DNA from: Squalus acanthias | Lineage: Eukaryota | NCBI GenBank assembly: GCA_030390025.1 | Contig: JASTWF010000362.1 | Coordinates: 186,001-250,000 of the forward strand | Reading direction: 5' to 3' | DNA: 64,000 nt | In this document: in pieces, positions 62,526-64,000 of the stretch | How positions within the stretch are numbered: position 1 is the first letter of the stretch | How the letters are laid out: every line of letters starts with the position of its first letter | The notes under the pieces: model-generated | Seen by the model: only the letters and a program-made list of their open reading frames with translations | Databases searched by the model: none | Told to the model about the DNA's origin: nothing | Translations under genes and position numbers: made by a program

Positions 62526-63578
62526 CTGAAAATACAAGAAACAGACCCTTCTTAGAATATAAATGGTTGTATGTGATCGACTGAAAATCAGGAGGACAAT
62601 ACTCCCCCTTAACCACTGAATACACAGTGAATGGAGACACAAGATATATTTTGGTTTTTTATGGATCTGCAACTTTTAAGATTTCATGAATTCCCATGAA
62701 GTCAAATCTGGTTTTCTTCGCTGCTCCGCCTCAGTTTGTAGGTGAGAGATAACAAATTTTTCTTATGTTTTTTATTTTCCATATCTCTGTAATCTCCTCC
62801 AGCCCTATAATAGCCCTAGACCTCTGCGTCTGCCTATTCTGGCCTTCTGAAGATCCCCGATTTGAATCGCTCCACCATTGGCAGTCGTGCCATCAGCTGC
62901 CTGGGTCCTAAGCTCTGGAATTCCCTCCCTAAACCTCTTCAGCTCTCTCTCCTCCTTTAAGACGCTCCTACCTCTTTGACCAAGCCTTTGGTCATCTGCC
63001 CTAATGTCTCCTTTTATGGCTCGGTGTCAAATTTAGATTTTTTTTGCTAACACTCCTGTGAAGCTTGGGACGTTTTATTACATTAAAGGCGCTATATAAA
63101 TATAAATTGTTGTTTATTGTTATGAGTGAGTGAGAGGAAGAGAAGGCAGACAGATAGATAGTCAGCCTGCTCCTGTGCATTGTACTGTGGGCTGGAGATC
63201 GGAGGGCAGCTTGCCTGCGATCTCACGTTGCAGTTAGTGGGTGGTCCAGGAAGGTGCAGGGGAAGAAAGAAAAAACTGACACAATCCACATACACCCGTC
63301 CCCTTTTATAAATAGCTCTTTCCGATCAAGTGAGAGCACTGGGTGACCGCCAATCGTGAAACAATCGGCAAATAAGACCTTTCTACTTTACTGCGTAGAA
63401 TTCAGTAGATACGGGAAATTCCATTTCCAGGTTCTACAATATCAGTCACATCACACTAGCAAAGGTCACAGAAGTATGCGTCAACCGTGGTTCAGTTGGT
63501 AGCACTCTCGCCTCTGAGTCAGAAGTTTGTGGGTTCAAGTCTCACTCGAGACTTGAGCACAAAAATCTAGACTGATAC

Positions 63579-63721
63579 CAATGTTCCCTCTAATTTCTTT
63601 TGGCGCTGCGCGGGCCATTCAAAATACTGCGCAAGCGCGGTTTTTGCATCGAAAAACCGGCTCACCAGCTGCGCAGGCTCCCTGGAGCACTGGGCAGTCG
63701 CGCAACTTAAAGGGATCATCA
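63579..63721. mobile_element. Short hAT-type MITE (TIR CAATGTTCCC) inserted in a DeuSINE
   Basis: 8-bp TSD ACTGATAC/GCTGACGC; family copies at 4811-4934, ~14853-14950, 18315-18437, 37835-37999. Confidence 0.7.
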
Positions 63722-64000
63722 GCTGACGCTCCAGTGCAGTGCTGAGGGAGTGCTGCACGGTTGGAGGTGCCGTCTTTCGGATGAGACGTTAAACCGAGGT
63801 CCCGCCTGCTCTCTCGGGTGGACGTAAAAGATCCTGTGGCCAGTATTTCGAGTAAGAGCAGAGGAGTTATCCCCAGTGTCCTGACCAATATTTATCCCTC
63901 AATCCACATCACTAAAACAGATTATCTGGTCATTATCACATTGCTGTTTGTGGGAGCTTGCTGTGCGCAATTGGCTGCCACGTTTCCTACATTACAACAG

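Overview
Eukaryotic genomic DNA, very probably from a cartilaginous fish (the repeats resemble shark HE1/V-SINE, DeuSINE, CR1, L2 and Penelope families). Two intron-rich genes lie in tandem on the minus strand, in the same order as the human PRRC2B-POMT1 locus. The first is the 3' part of PRRC2B: 18 phase-consistent coding exons from 62525 to a stop at 37335, then an ~5.4 kb repeat-free 3' UTR ending near 31950. The second is the 5' half of POMT1: CpG-island promoter at ~26.2-26.5 kb, non-coding exon 1, and coding exons 2-10 running off the window start. A box C/D snoRNA (SNORD62-like) lies in a PRRC2B intron. The most notable observations are: a candidate poison (PTC) exon in PRRC2B; a decayed PRRC2-family C-terminal motif behind a premature TGA; minimal hammerhead ribozymes with compensatory stem changes in Penelope-like elements; a TSD-flanked chimeric retro-insertion that captured nearby DNA; and a 2.6 kb G-rich minisatellite starting ~10 nt after the POMT1 exon 1 donor. 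The long ORFs at 23.5-26.2 kb are repeat artefacts. All homology calls are from memory with no searches run, and repeat boundaries are approximate.
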